DNA of 64,000 nucleotides from an uncultured Nitrososphaeraceae archaeon. Its GTDB lineage: Archaea > Thermoproteota > Nitrososphaeria > Nitrososphaerales > Nitrososphaeraceae. Under the pieces are notes generated by a model. It was not told the origin of the DNA and did no database searches. It saw only the letters and a program-made list of their open reading frames with translations. This document shows positions 53,241 to 64,000 of the stretch, piece after piece (the first letter of the stretch is position 1; the number at the start of each line of letters is the position of its first letter). The translations under genes and the position numbers were made by a program. The DNA is taken from the NCBI GenBank assembly GCA_963837175.1, contig CAWIMJ010000046.1, positions 1 to 64,000 on the forward strand. The letters are read 5' to 3'.

Positions 53241-54378
53241 ATGATTTTCTCTGGCTCACAACCATTCTTATGAAAAATCAGCTGAAGAGATAACTTTCTC
53301 GGGCTACTCACAAAACTATTGTGTATGCTTTGTAAATATAATGGATTCTATAAAAATTACTAGTGAAATTACTAATGCTAATAAAATTAGCAAGTATTAT
53401 TCAATATTTCTTAATACACTGTCTGCAATAGCCAAAAACTTCAATGCAAAAACAATCAAGATTACAAGCGACGGGTTAATATTTTACTTCCCAGAAACAC
53501 ATGATTCTAGCAATAAATCTGCTTTCAAAGATGTAATAGAATGTTGTCTTACCATGATAGCAGCAAATATAATTATCAACAAGGAGTTATATAAAGAGAA
53601 ACTGCCGTCCGTTAGTTACAGGATAAGTGCGGATTATGGTAGAGTAGAGCTTGCGAAGTCTGCAACTTCACAAAATGATGATTTATTTGGTCCTACCATG
53701 AACGTTTGTGCAAAGATAAACTGTAAGGCAAAGACAAACGGTATAGTAATTGGTTGCAGTCTATACCGCATGATAAAATCGTTTTCGTTCTCTGTTGAGG
53801 ATTACCAATTCGAAGAAATTGGTGAATATTCAGTCGGCTTTGAACAACATTATACGTTATATTCTGTTATAAATAGTAATAGAACCAACAAGAATGTATC
53901 AAATCAAAAAAAACGGATTTCCAAGATGAAATATCCTCAATTACACTCGTCACAGATGAAGAGAGAATCATTATTATCCATTGAACCTGAAAATCAACAG
54001 TATAAGTATTCAGCAAATATCATGCTTGTAGATGACGAGGAAGACTTGCTAATTACTTACAGGTCCTTCCTAGAGGATGAAGACTACAAGGTTGAATCGT
54101 TTACAGATTCTGAGACAGCACTAAATCACTTTGCAGAGACGAATGTATATGATTACAATTTAGTAATTTTGGATATAAGAATGCCTGGTATAAATGGACT
54201 CCAACTCTATTGTAAATTAAAAGCAATGAATATATCCATTAAGGTGTTGTTTGTATCCGCGCTTGATGCAATTGATGAGATCTTGAGTGTATTACCTGAC
54301 GTAGATCCCAAAGATATTATTAGAAAGCCAGTCCAAAGGGAACACTTTGTTAGTGCTATCAAAAGGGCACTCGGCTAG
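53241..54378 (+). CDS. Class III nucleotide-cyclase-like domain fused to C-terminal receiver domain; start upstream of track call
   Basis: In-frame upstream YCVCFVNI-MDS; K..SDGLIFYF, YRISADYG, DLFGPTMN.CAKI; REC VDDE, LDIRMPGING, VSA, KP. Start is ATG 53241 (+1 shift) or CTG 53251. Confidence 0.85.
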
Positions 54379-54692
54379 TTTACTTTACAACATATATGTC
54401 TTAGCGAGAGAAACCTAATACAAGAGAACAACAAGAGCATCTTGTATAATCTTTCGCAATTACATAATCTAGTTTGATAGAATACATTTATTCTATAAGA
54501 TATATCTGACCTGTTATAGTAAAAATAGATAAAATGTCATAAATGTATCCAATAATTTATTAAAGTAATTATATTATTATTGATAGCAGATAATATTGAT
54601 AGGGTTATGACGTTATCATTATTATGTTGCATTAATATTTAATCTCGATCTCAATAGACTATCAATAGCCAATGATTGGCAACTAACTATTA

Positions 54693-54830
54693 TCAAAGCT
54701 CATTCATACCGAACTTATGATAGCACCTATTGCATTTAAATTTCTCTTTTCCTGGATTGCCAGAGACGACCTCAAGGTCACTTTTGGTTTTACATATTGG
54801 GCATCTTCCATATATCGTTTTCTTGGGCAA
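54693..54830 (-). CDS. 45-aa zinc-ribbon microprotein (TTG start, not in ORF track)
   Basis: MPKKTIYGRCPICKTKSDLEVVSGNPGKEKFKCNRCYHKFGMNEL*: CPxC...FKCxxC..F. Confidence 0.75.
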   Translation of the reverse strand: MPKKTIYGRCPICKTKSDLEVVSGNPGKEKFKCNRCYHKFGMNEL

Positions 54831-55051
54831 TGGTGATTGTGTGTGGTTGGGTATTAAAAAAGATTAAGATACATTAATAATTATCGATAACTGGGAAACT
54901 TTATCATTCTTTTTCTTTGCTTTTTGTATTGTTACATATTTCTTAATAATTGATAGTTTTATATACTTTTGAAATTCCTTAGTTTATCAATAAATATACT
55001 TCATTCACACTAGAGCACAGTCTATTAATAACTATAACATAATCTTTCAGT

Positions 55052-55792
55052 GTGAAGTTTATAGATTGGTTTCCATATTATCAGGATATCAGACAGCAAT
55101 TTGGATATAGTACAGAAAAAGATCAAGAAGCAGCATATTATCTGTCACGAATTATTAAAAGAAAAGCGCTTGCTCCAAAAATATTACATAAAAAAATTGC
55201 AGGAAAACAAATATTGGTAATAGGTGCAGGCCCCAGTTTAGAACAAAATATTATATTTATAAAAAAGAATCGCAAGTTTGTCAAGATAGTCTCAGACGGC
55301 GCTGTTCAAGCCTTGATTGAAAATAATATCAAACCGGATATTGTTGTTACAGATTTGGACGGGAATCAATCATTTTTACAAAAAGCAGAAAAGATAGGTG
55401 CATTAATGGTAGTGCATGCTCATGGAGATAATATTCAGATATTGCAAAAGCTTGTTCCGCGGTTCAGACATGTTATTGGCTCGACTCAAGTAATGCCAGT
55501 CAAGAATGTCTATAATTTTGGCGGATTCACTGATGGTGACCGCTCTGTATTTTTGGCAGAAGAATTTGGTGCCAAAGAAATTATCCTTATAGGAATGGAC
55601 TTTGGCATTCATATAGGCAAATATTCAAAAGAAATGGTAGAAAATATTGATTTGAAAAAAAGGAAAATGAAAGCTGGTAAACGCCTGCTTGAAATACTTG
55701 CTAAACAATCTCGTTCACGGTTATTTGATACATCTAAAAGACCAATTCGAGGGTTTACTGCTTTTTATGCATATAATGGTATTAAGAATTAG
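55052..55792 (+). CDS. mptE: 6-hydroxymethyl-7,8-dihydropterin diphosphokinase (DUF115)
   Basis: IGAGPSL, PDIVVTDLDG, HAHGDN, NFGGFTDGDR, GMDF. Confidence 0.9.
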   Translation: MKFIDWFPYYQDIRQQFGYSTEKDQEAAYYLSRIIKRKALAPKILHKKIAGKQILVIGAGPSLEQNIIFIKKNRKFVKIVSDGAVQALIENNIKPDIVVTDLDGNQSFLQKAEKIGALMVVHAHGDNIQILQKLVPRFRHVIGSTQVMPVKNVYNFGGFTDGDRSVFLAEEFGAKEIILIGMDFGIHIGKYSKEMVENIDLKKRKMKAGKRLLEILAKQSRSRLFDTSKRPIRGFTAFYAYNGIKN

Positions 55793-55793
55793 A

Positions 55794-55961
55794 ATGTTTG
55801 GTCAAAGACAAGCAATCGGTATTCTAGGCATAATTTTTGCAATCTCAGGTGGTATTGCTTGGTTCTTCCAGCAGACAATCTTTGCAGTAATGCTTTGGGG
55901 TGTGGCTGGGATTATATTACTAAAACTTAATAGAAAATCAAGAATCAGATCAAAGATATAG
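55794..55961 (+). CDS. 55-aa two-TM protein
   Basis: ATG 1 nt after mptE stop: MFGQRQAIGILGIIFAISGGIAWFFQQTIFAVMLWGVAGIILLKLNRKSRIRSKI*. Confidence 0.7.
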   Translation: MFGQRQAIGILGIIFAISGGIAWFFQQTIFAVMLWGVAGIILLKLNRKSRIRSKI

Positions 55962-56048
55962 AGAAATTATGCATAATACTCAATGTAAATTTTATTATTA
56001 TGAATCAGCAATCTGAAATACTATTATACCATTTATGTCAATGATGCC

Positions 56049-56744
56049 TTGAAAATGTCGACCTTTTCAGAAGACGATGTCAGACGCGCAGCCGAGATAC
56101 GCGAATGGCTCGTCAAACAGATTTCTGACAGACAGGAAGAAATTGAAAGATTACGTACTACGCTATTCCTTATTGATAGTCTGTTAAAACACGGCAGCTT
56201 TAGGGCCGCTTCTAATATTACATCCCCGGTTGCTCTATCACCCCCAGTATCAACGGAGGTACCAGTCAACTCTGCAAAAATATCCAATCTCATCAAACAA
56301 CAGAGGATAGCAACCACTGCTACGTCTATGGAAGAAACAATTGGAAGTGAACCTAAACCTGAACAACAGACCACGGATGAAGTTAAAGAGATTAGACTCT
56401 TAAAACGAGTTAAAGATAACTTATTGCTTGCAAATGCAGAATTATTTCCAAACTCACTTGAAATCATACCAGCTGAAGGAATAATACTTAATGTTAATAC
56501 TCCTCCTTTCAAGTCGTTCTTTTTAAATAGAATTTTGGAAGGGATGAAAACGAAAGATGCAGAAAAAGTCACTCAGAAGCAGATTAAAGATATAGAATCA
56601 CTGAATTATCAGATAGAAGAAGATAAAAATGGTTCTATAAGGAAAATCACAATAATTAACTATAGAGACAAAGAGCGGCTGAATGAGATATTTAATACTT
56701 CTACATGGGTATTTACAAGGATGATAGAAAAGAGTGGAAAATAA
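56049..56744 (+). CDS. Hypothetical protein (N-terminal coiled coil, low-complexity linker), overlaps guaA start
   Basis: 231-aa ORF; translationally coupled to guaA. Confidence 0.8.
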   Translation: MKMSTFSEDDVRRAAEIREWLVKQISDRQEEIERLRTTLFLIDSLLKHGSFRAASNITSPVALSPPVSTEVPVNSAKISNLIKQQRIATTATSMEETIGSEPKPEQQTTDEVKEIRLLKRVKDNLLLANAELFPNSLEIIPAEGIILNVNTPPFKSFFLNRILEGMKTKDAEKVTQKQIKDIESLNYQIEEDKNGSIRKITIINYRDKERLNEIFNTSTWVFTRMIEKSGK

Positions 56745-58285
56745 TAAGAATATTGACAAGATAATAGTTCTAGATTTTGGCTCCCAATATAGTCATCTCA
56801 TCTGTAGACGTATACGTGAAGCAAACATATACTGTGAATTATTACCGTTTGATACCCGAGCCGAAGTAATTAAAGCTCTCAATCCAAAAGGAATAATTTT
56901 CTCTGGTGGGCCCGCGAGTATTTATTCAAGAGATTCGCCAAAACCTGATAAGGACATTTTCGAAATGAATATTCCCATATTAGGAATTTGCTATGGTCAG
57001 CAAGTATTAATAGATAAGTTTGAAGGTACTGTAAAAAAATCAAATATCAGAGAGTACGGCCGTGCTGAACTGGTCATTGATGACAAGTCTGATCTTTTCA
57101 ACAATATCGAGAAAAACATAAAATGTTGGATGAGTCATGGAGATGCAGCTGATAAGATTCCAAAAGGATTCAAAGTTATTGCTCATACAGAGAATTCATT
57201 TTCGGCTTCTATTGCAAATCAGGAAAAGAAATTTTATGGAATACAATTTCATCCCGAAGTAGTACACACAGAAAAAGGAATAGATATTTTGAAAAACTTT
57301 TCTCAAAAGATCAGTATGGCAAAAGCTGACTGGAATATAGAAAAATTTATAGACATAACCATAAAGGATATTCGAAAGCAGGTTAAAGATGAAAAAGTGC
57401 TGTGCGCAGTAAGTGGCGGAATTGATTCTACTACTGTGGCTGCCCTCCTACACAGAGCCATAGGTGACAGTTTACAATGCGTCTTTGTAAACCATGGATT
57501 ATTAAGACAAGATGAAGAAAATTTAGTTATCAGGTTATTCAAAGAGCATCTTGGTATCCAAGTAATATATGTTGACGCAGAGAATCAGTTTCTGCAAAAA
57601 TTGGAAGGGATTGAAGATCCTGAAAAGAAACGAAAGATCATAGGTGAAGAATTTGCAAATGTATTTAAGGATGTGGCCAAAATGAACGGACCATTCCAAT
57701 GGTTAGCACAAGGAACACTATATCCTGATGTTATTGAAAGTGGAGTTTCGAGAGGACCAGCAGCAGTAATCAAAACTCATCATAACGTTGGTGGTCTTCC
57801 GAAATGGCTTAATCTTAAAGTAATAGAACCATTGAGCAGTTTATATAAAGACGAAGTTAGGAAAGTCGCAAAATTACTTGGTATTCCAGATGCTCTATTA
57901 AAGAGGCACCCATTCCCGGGGCCAGGATTGGCAGTTAGAATAATTGGAGAAGTGACGAGTGAAAAAATACGTATAGCTAAACACGCAAGCGAAATAGTTG
58001 AATATGAATTGAAGGCTTCAGGTTTTTATGAAAAAGTATGGCAGGCATATGCCGCGGTAGGAGATGACCGGGCAGTAGGAGGTACTGGGTGACGAACGAG
58101 TTTATGGTCATATTGTGATAATCAGAGTAGTAGAATCTATAGACTCAATGACTGCGGATTGGACTAGATTGCCCTATGAATTAATTGAAAGGATTAGCAA
58201 CAGAATTACAAATGAGGTAGAAGATGTGACATTGGTTACATATGCCGTTTCAAGCAAGCCTCCCGCAACAATTGAACCACAATAA
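56734..58285 (+). CDS. guaA: GMP synthase; one-base frameshift at 58081-2
   Basis: [38 protein letters not shown]; removing one G continues [11 protein letters not shown]...KPPATIEPQ* (TAA 58283-85). Confidence 0.96.
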
Positions 58286-58662
58286 AAACCATTCCAATTT
58301 AAAAAATCAAACATTTGATTTTCATTTGTCCGTTTTGTTTTTTTTATTGAAATTGATCAAGATAAAATTTTAATAATAATTCCGAACTACTCATAGAATG
58401 AGTGAAATAGAACGTGATTGATTGCTTTTATCTGATTATAAAAATGATAGTTAACTGTTAAAAAAATGAAGTATTATCATGACCTAATTTTATTCACTTA
58501 TTCAAGAGATTATTATCGTGACCTTATCTGATGTACCCAAAAATGAGTTTGTAGGAAATATGCTTATACAATAAATAAAATAAAAAGGATGTTTTTATAT
58601 TTTATAAAAGAAGGGCGAAATGCCTTATAGAATATGTTTCCGGAGTAGTTGTAGTAGTGGCA

Positions 58663-59154
58663 TCATCCTCCGCCACCACCAGCATCTCCACCTCCGTCAC
58701 CAGCATCGGTTTCTGCTGCTTTACCACCAGTATCAGCTAATGACAAATCAACATATTCTGCTCTTTTAGCAGGTGAATTTAGACCTGTTTTACAGATCAA
58801 ATTATCTTTACTCAGATCTTTCAGTAACAAAGCACATGCCTTATATTCATCACCTACATTTACATTTACAGTTGGAAAAGTGGCAACAAACTCTAGAATA
58901 CCTCCACCTTGAGTGGCATTTACAGCAATATTTGCTGTATCGAACAACTTTACCTTTGATTCACCATTTACACTAACTATGGCAACAACATCGCCAGTTG
59001 TAGGCTGTATACCAAATACAGACAAAATGACTTTAAATATATCAGTTCCCTTTCCTGTCTCTGCTTGGACTGGGCTTAGAATGCCTGAAGTTGACACTGC
59101 CATTACCATTAGCACTGTTAAGACAAGAAAGATTATTCTCCTTCTTATTTGCAA
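58663..59154 (-). CDS. Secreted hypothetical protein with Gly-rich tail
   Basis: Signal peptide ending VQA; VGDEYKAC...IC..G.NSP.KR.EYVDLSL. Confidence 0.8.
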   Translation of the reverse strand: MQIRRRIIFLVLTVLMVMAVSTSGILSPVQAETGKGTDIFKVILSVFGIQPTTGDVVAIVSVNGESKVKLFDTANIAVNATQGGGILEFVATFPTVNVNVGDEYKACALLLKDLSKDNLICKTGLNSPAKRAEYVDLSLADTGGKAAETDAGDGGGDAGGGGG

Positions 59155-59577
59155 ACTATTACAAAGATGTGCAGTAGACTATTTAACGGTTAAAAGTTAT
59201 TTAACAGCAATCTCAGGCAATTAGAAATCTATAATTTAGTTAAGGATAATATTGAGTTTCTTATTATATTCCAGTAATGAGCAGTAAATTCTTTATTTTT
59301 ATACTGCATCAGTTTACTTACGGTTTTAGTTTGTCATTATATTATATATCTATTAATTATCTTCATACAATCATAACAATTTACAATTGGCATTTCGCGT
59401 ATTATAGAATAACGTATAATCAATAGAATAAGATATTGAGATTATATAAGGTACGGATAACATATATGAAAGCGTATTATTTTTAGAATTCAGAATTTAA
59501 GCATTTTTAAAGTAGAGAAAATGTATTTTTATCTGTTTGACTATAAATATAATGTAGTGATATTTAGAAATAGTAGC

Positions 59578-59976
59578 ATGAAAAGCAGACAGAGTGATTA
59601 CGTGTCACCTGTTACAAAATTTGCAAACGAACCCTGGTTTACGGATATGCAAAAATTATCAAATGACGAATTAATGCGTATGTATAATGCTATGATAACC
59701 GGTCGATACGAATTTGCAAAACATGCTTGGTATATTCCATTAGCTGGAGACTTAAGATGCCCAATCATGGTTGCGAAAGGTTACAACGCACCAGATACTC
59801 CTGAAAAGATGGTTGGGTTCCAAGAGACAACCAAGATACTAGAACAAGAATATCAAAGGTTTATAGACGCATGGGATTTTGATTATATATCAAAACGCGA
59901 TATTCAAAATGCTATTATGACTATTCTTGAATTAAGAAGTATAAAAATTCTGGAGTTGTGTACCAAAACTCATTAA
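59578..59976 (+). CDS. Hypothetical protein
   Basis: Likely start at MKSRQS (59578); protein-like composition; no motif. Confidence 0.65.
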   Translation: MKSRQSDYVSPVTKFANEPWFTDMQKLSNDELMRMYNAMITGRYEFAKHAWYIPLAGDLRCPIMVAKGYNAPDTPEKMVGFQETTKILEQEYQRFIDAWDFDYISKRDIQNAIMTILELRSIKILELCTKTH

Positions 59977-60802
59977 TACCAAATTAGTTTATATAATTAA
60001 TATTTTCTCTATCTTCCTATTTGAGATAATCATAACTTTTAATAGTTACAAATAGTCTATATCAACAGAAAAATAAATGTTATTTGGTATTATCATTGAT
60101 TATTGTTACATTTTGATTAGAACGCAAGAAGAGTTATTAATTCAGTTCTGTCAAATATCAAATACTAATAATTTATATTTTATAATAGATTGACAATGAA
60201 TTGTGGTAATTTCAAATTCCTGACTATTGAACACTATTTAGACAGCCAGACAAAACAGGGCTATAAACTCATTAATGCTTTCTTTTTGTTGTGAAGTTTT
60301 TTTATTATCTGTATTTATTTAATAGATGATATTATTAACTTCAATATTGCCCAATTTGCCTTAATAAATAGGCGACCATTATTATTCGTTTCAAGTACAC
60401 AGACTACAATGATATTAACATCATGGTAAAACTTGTAGGCATATTAATGAATGTAAAAATTGTAAAGCACTTGAAATCCGGTTGCATGCTGATAAGTGTT
60501 CAGCATGAAACCGAATCTAATAAATAAAATGGTATCTTGTGAATAAACTATTTGATTTTGATTAGAAGGAATATTTAAAAGAAAAAACATTCCCTGATCA
60601 ATACCGCTAGATTTTAAATAGCCAAATCTTTCCTTGTATTAGTCTATTTATATATTCAAAATCATGGTATGTATGTTTCCTTAAATTACTTTCAGCGTGC
60701 CGCATTATAAATTTCGATTCCTTTTATGATAACTTCTGGTAGAAGACTATCTGCAATAAAGAGAAAATTATCTATGACAGTATAGAAGATATTATTAATC
60801 TG

Positions 60803-61126
60803 TTACCAAGATGTTACTTTTTTTGGAGTGCAAACTTGTCTTTCTAGATCATCCAGTCGCGGTATCGTTTCTGTATTAGCCCGCAGTTGTGAGAAAGATT
60901 TGTCATATCTAATTTTTTGCATTACTGCAAAAACCTCATCAGTAGTTACGCCATGTTTTATATCGTATTCAATTTGTTTAGCACAATTTGAAAGGGTACT
61001 ATATTTCTTGAAATTACGTTTTTCAAATGATGAGGCATCAGGAGATATACCTGTTATGTAACGGATTATGACTTTTTCGACATGCTCAAGGTGCCAGTCT
61101 TTCATCGCAAAATTATTAGTCTTCAT
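60803..61126 (-). CDS. Hypothetical protein
   Basis: 107-aa ORF with TATA-like box upstream; no family recognised. Confidence 0.75.
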   Translation of the reverse strand: MKTNNFAMKDWHLEHVEKVIIRYITGISPDASSFEKRNFKKYSTLSNCAKQIEYDIKHGVTTDEVFAVMQKIRYDKSFSQLRANTETIPRLDDLERQVCTPKKVTSW

Positions 61127-61362
61127 AATGCTTCCAGTCTACATTTACCAAAAGCGCATATATAATACTTTGAACAATAAATTTAACTTCTTAATTTAGT
61201 AGACCTTTTTATCAAGAACCATATCTAGACTGATCCAATTCAATAAAGAGATCAAATAAGGATACAATTTGTAAACATAGTTTATCCAACATAGATAATA
61301 TGGTTCTCCCACCATTACGAACTTAGCGTGTCCTTGCTGATCCAGATAGTCGATCTATCGTT

Positions 61363-61896
61363 TTGATTGTTAGTTATAGTCATGTTTCAGTATGGAAATG
61401 GATTCAACATTATAGACCAAAGAAAATATTGCAAAGGAAAAGAAGAAAAGAACAGGAATTTATTGTAGATAAAACTTTACTTAAAGTTGGCAATCAATAT
61501 GTTTGGGTTTGTGTTGCTATTGAGCATTTTGACAAAGTAATTCTTGGTATCCGTATTTCTTTTGAACGAACAATGCTTGTTGTTGAAGGATTTCTTAAGG
61601 ATTTAGTTAGAAAATTATTGAAAACATCCACTTTCAACAGATACGGTGATAGAATGGCATCATCCACAAGCTTATAAATTTTAATATATAGAGCATATCA
61701 TTTTTATTCATTATATGGGAGAAAAATTTCATTGAAAGGGGAACAATCCAATACATTAAGGATATAACAGAAAGCTTTGATGACTACTTTCCTTGTAGTA
61801 GTGGAAAAGAAAAATGTATGTAGAATACATCAGAAATTGGTTCAATCTATTTGTTGACCATCATATAAGGAAGTGATGATTTAAGTAAACAAAGCC
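61363..61896 (+). mobile_element. IS6-family transposase remnant with right inverted repeat
   Basis: SHVSVWKWIQ.Y, FIVDKT (cf. DET), KVG..YVWV.VAI; later IER..IQYIKD.TESFDDYFPC, RNWFNLFV; end TTAAGTAAACAAAGCC 61881-96. Confidence 0.85.
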
Positions 61897-61953
61897 GAAT
61901 ATCATATACATATATATAAATTAGATGAATTTTCTTTTTTTCTTTATCACGGA

Positions 61954-62157
61954 ATGATCATAAAAAATACGGATCCATATAAAATGAAAAAATGCATATC
62001 TTGCAAAAGAGATATAAATCTGAATGAAAAGTTTTTTTCTTATCCATTATCCTTACAACAGATTTGTTTTTCTTGTGCCAAGAATGAAATCCCAAAAACT
62101 ATTGATATTTTAAACAGAGATTTAAAAAAAATAGAAGAAGAAACTAAAGTTCAATAA
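61954..62157 (+). CDS. Small Zn-binding protein (CxxC...CxxC + helix)
   Basis: KKCISCKRDI...QQICFSCA. Confidence 0.75.
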   Translation: MIIKNTDPYKMKKCISCKRDINLNEKFFSYPLSLQQICFSCAKNEIPKTIDILNRDLKKIEEETKVQ

Positions 62158-62191
62158 TGAATATGAGAGAGGACTTCATAGGTATACGTAG

Positions 62192-63142
62192 TTGTTACGG
62201 CCTTTGTCTTCTTTATGCCTCAATCAGGCCATCATCAATCTAGAGATTAGCATAAACAGTGGACAGATGTTTCTATGGAACAGAATTGACAATGCATGGT
62301 ACGGGATATATGGAGAACATATCCTGAAATTTTCGACCTATGCCGCAGATCATCTTCAACAAAATAAAAATATAAATAACAACGATAGATTCATAGAATT
62401 TTACTCATTTCCCGCTATGAAAGGATGGGAACAACATGTTTTTAGATTAGATGATGATATTAAATATATTTTATCTAGTTTTTCGAAGGATACTCTCCTA
62501 TCTGAGGCAATAAGAAGATACCCAGGTCTGCGTCTGATGCGCCAGGACCCTTATCAGTGTATGTTTTCCTTTGTATGTGCTAGCAATACTAATATTCTAA
62601 TGATTCGGAGAATGCTCAACAGCCTTTCAAGAAAATTTGGTAGGAAAATAGTAGTTGACGGAAAGGAATTTTTTACATTTCCTACTGCCACCGATCTAAA
62701 CAGAGCAACAATTACAGAATTATGTTCATGTGGGCTTGGATATCGATCAAAAGCAGTCAAATTGCTCGCAGAGAGTATTTCTATAGGAAACCTTGATGTT
62801 AAATATCTGATACAAGCTAGCTATGATGATGCAAAAACCGAATTATTGAAAATATATGGCATAGGTAATAAAATTGCCGATTGTATACTACTATTCTCTC
62901 TAGAGAAGCTTGAGGCTTTTCCTATAGATGTCTGGATTACACGAGCACTTTCCCAGCATTATAGTTGGCTTCTAAGTTACAACAAAAAAGAAAAGGGAAA
63001 TAGCAGTAAGAATAAAAAAATAAATTATGATCAGTATATAACATTTTCAGAAACTATTAGAAAATATTTTGGGAAATATTCTGGCTACGCTCAGCAGTAT
63101 CTTTTTTATTATATGCGACAAAATGCGGGCAAGAAATGGTAA
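62192..63142 (+). CDS. ogg: 8-oxoguanine DNA glycosylase (Ogg1-type HhH-GPD)
   Basis: SGQMF.W, GLRLMRQDP, SNTNI..I, GLGYR, GIGNKIADC.LLF, FPIDVW, GYAQQYLF. Confidence 0.92.
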   Translation: MLRPLSSLCLNQAIINLEISINSGQMFLWNRIDNAWYGIYGEHILKFSTYAADHLQQNKNINNNDRFIEFYSFPAMKGWEQHVFRLDDDIKYILSSFSKDTLLSEAIRRYPGLRLMRQDPYQCMFSFVCASNTNILMIRRMLNSLSRKFGRKIVVDGKEFFTFPTATDLNRATITELCSCGLGYRSKAVKLLAESISIGNLDVKYLIQASYDDAKTELLKIYGIGNKIADCILLFSLEKLEAFPIDVWITRALSQHYSWLLSYNKKEKGNSSKNKKINYDQYITFSETIRKYFGKYSGYAQQYLFYYMRQNAGKKW

Positions 63143-63391
63143 TATGCTGAAAACATAATGCAACATTCTTATCTAAGATTCTTAAAATTATGTCTTATAA
63201 TGAAAGTATTGGCTTTACTTTCTTTAAAGTGCATTCTATGTTCTGCTGCTTTATTCAAAGGTAGAATAATTCAAAGATAACTCAGATAAAAGCAGTAAAG
63301 CAACTTGATTGACTATAAAAGAAAAATTAACTCCGAGCCAGTATAGTCATACGACTCTATGCTGCACGCGATAGGAAGGTAATTATAATCA

Positions 63392-63793
63392 TCAAGCTGG
63401 TGCAAAGCCATGATAGTATGGTATCTGCGTATATTCTTCTTTTGAAATTATCTCTGTTAATGAAATTAAATGTCCATCAGGATCTTTTATAATAGCATGT
63501 TTTCCAAATGGTTCCTCAGTTAACTTTTTGTAAAACTTTACTTCTTTCTTTTCTAGTTCACTACAGACCGATTCTAGATTATTAACGTTGAAGCCTACTA
63601 ACATGCTATTATTTTTTGTTATCTTCCTTTTTTTCGTAGGATGTAAAGCAAGTACTGTTGATCCATGTTTTACAAATTCTATCCAATCTTCAGATTCTTT
63701 CTTTAATTCCATTCCTAGGGTATCTCTATAGAACATTAGAGATTTTTTCACATCTGAAACTAGAAGTATAACTGCACCTATTCTACTGAACAT
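63392..63793 (-). CDS. VOC/glyoxalase family protein
   Basis: VSDV.KS..FYRDTLG, F.V.NL, PFGK.A...DPDGH. Confidence 0.9.
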   Translation of the reverse strand: MFSRIGAVILLVSDVKKSLMFYRDTLGMELKKESEDWIEFVKHGSTVLALHPTKKRKITKNNSMLVGFNVNNLESVCSELEKKEVKFYKKLTEEPFGKHAIIKDPDGHLISLTEIISKEEYTQIPYYHGFAPA

Positions 63794-64000
63794 AACAATA
63801 TCTCCAAAATTAAATCATCATTATTTGTTGGAATTCATAAACCTTTCGGAGAATGATAGACTTTCCCATCAAATCAATATTCAGCATATAAAAAAGAACA
63901 ATTCATATCTCAATTCTATACAAAAGTATTTTTTAATGTTGAATTATTATTTTCTTAATATCTATTAGCAACAATACTTTTAAATACAAATTAATTGTAT

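Noticed and set aside
55689-55793. 5' extension of the small membrane ORF in the track
   Set aside because: Overlaps mptE; ATG 55794 just after the mptE stop is more plausible.
1-64000. rRNA, tRNA genes and the many antisense ORFs nested in housekeeping genes
   Set aside because: No cloverleaf or rRNA-like GC-rich block seen; the antisense ORFs lack motifs and overlap well-supported genes.

Overview
AT-rich chromosomal window from an ammonia-oxidising archaeon, most likely Nitrososphaeraceae. The assignment rests on archaeal markers (thermosome, Csl4, Dph2, rpS27e, rpL44e, ESCRT-III/CdvB, thiolase-DUF35) plus typical Nitrososphaerales signalling and secreted proteins. Housekeeping content includes a late cobalamin operon (cobD-cbiP-cbiB-cobS-cobY), asd, ctaB, a short ctaA, guaA/guaB, folP/mptE, pheA, two uracil-DNA glycosylases and Ogg. 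Two different kinds of broken gene are visible. (i) Five otherwise intact genes (K+ channel, cdvB, thiolase, pheA, guaA), and possibly a sixth, are each split by one extra base, most likely consensus error. (ii) Several loci are heavily decayed: IS5 and IS6 transposases, topoisomerase IA, the binding-protein and permease genes of a metal ABC transporter, an FkbM-like gene and possibly TnpB. Four small proteins below the ORF-track cut-off were read by hand (C2H2 finger, zinc ribbon, tautomerase, single-TM peptide), and a fifth small membrane ORF was given a corrected start. The most interesting item is a wHTH + ATP-cone + class III ribonucleotide-reductase-like protein lacking recognisable catalytic cysteines and the glycyl-radical loop, lying directly downstream of cdvB: a candidate nucleotide-sensing pseudo-enzyme transcription factor. 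No rRNA, tRNA or CRISPR array was seen. All family calls are by motif recognition; no searches were run.
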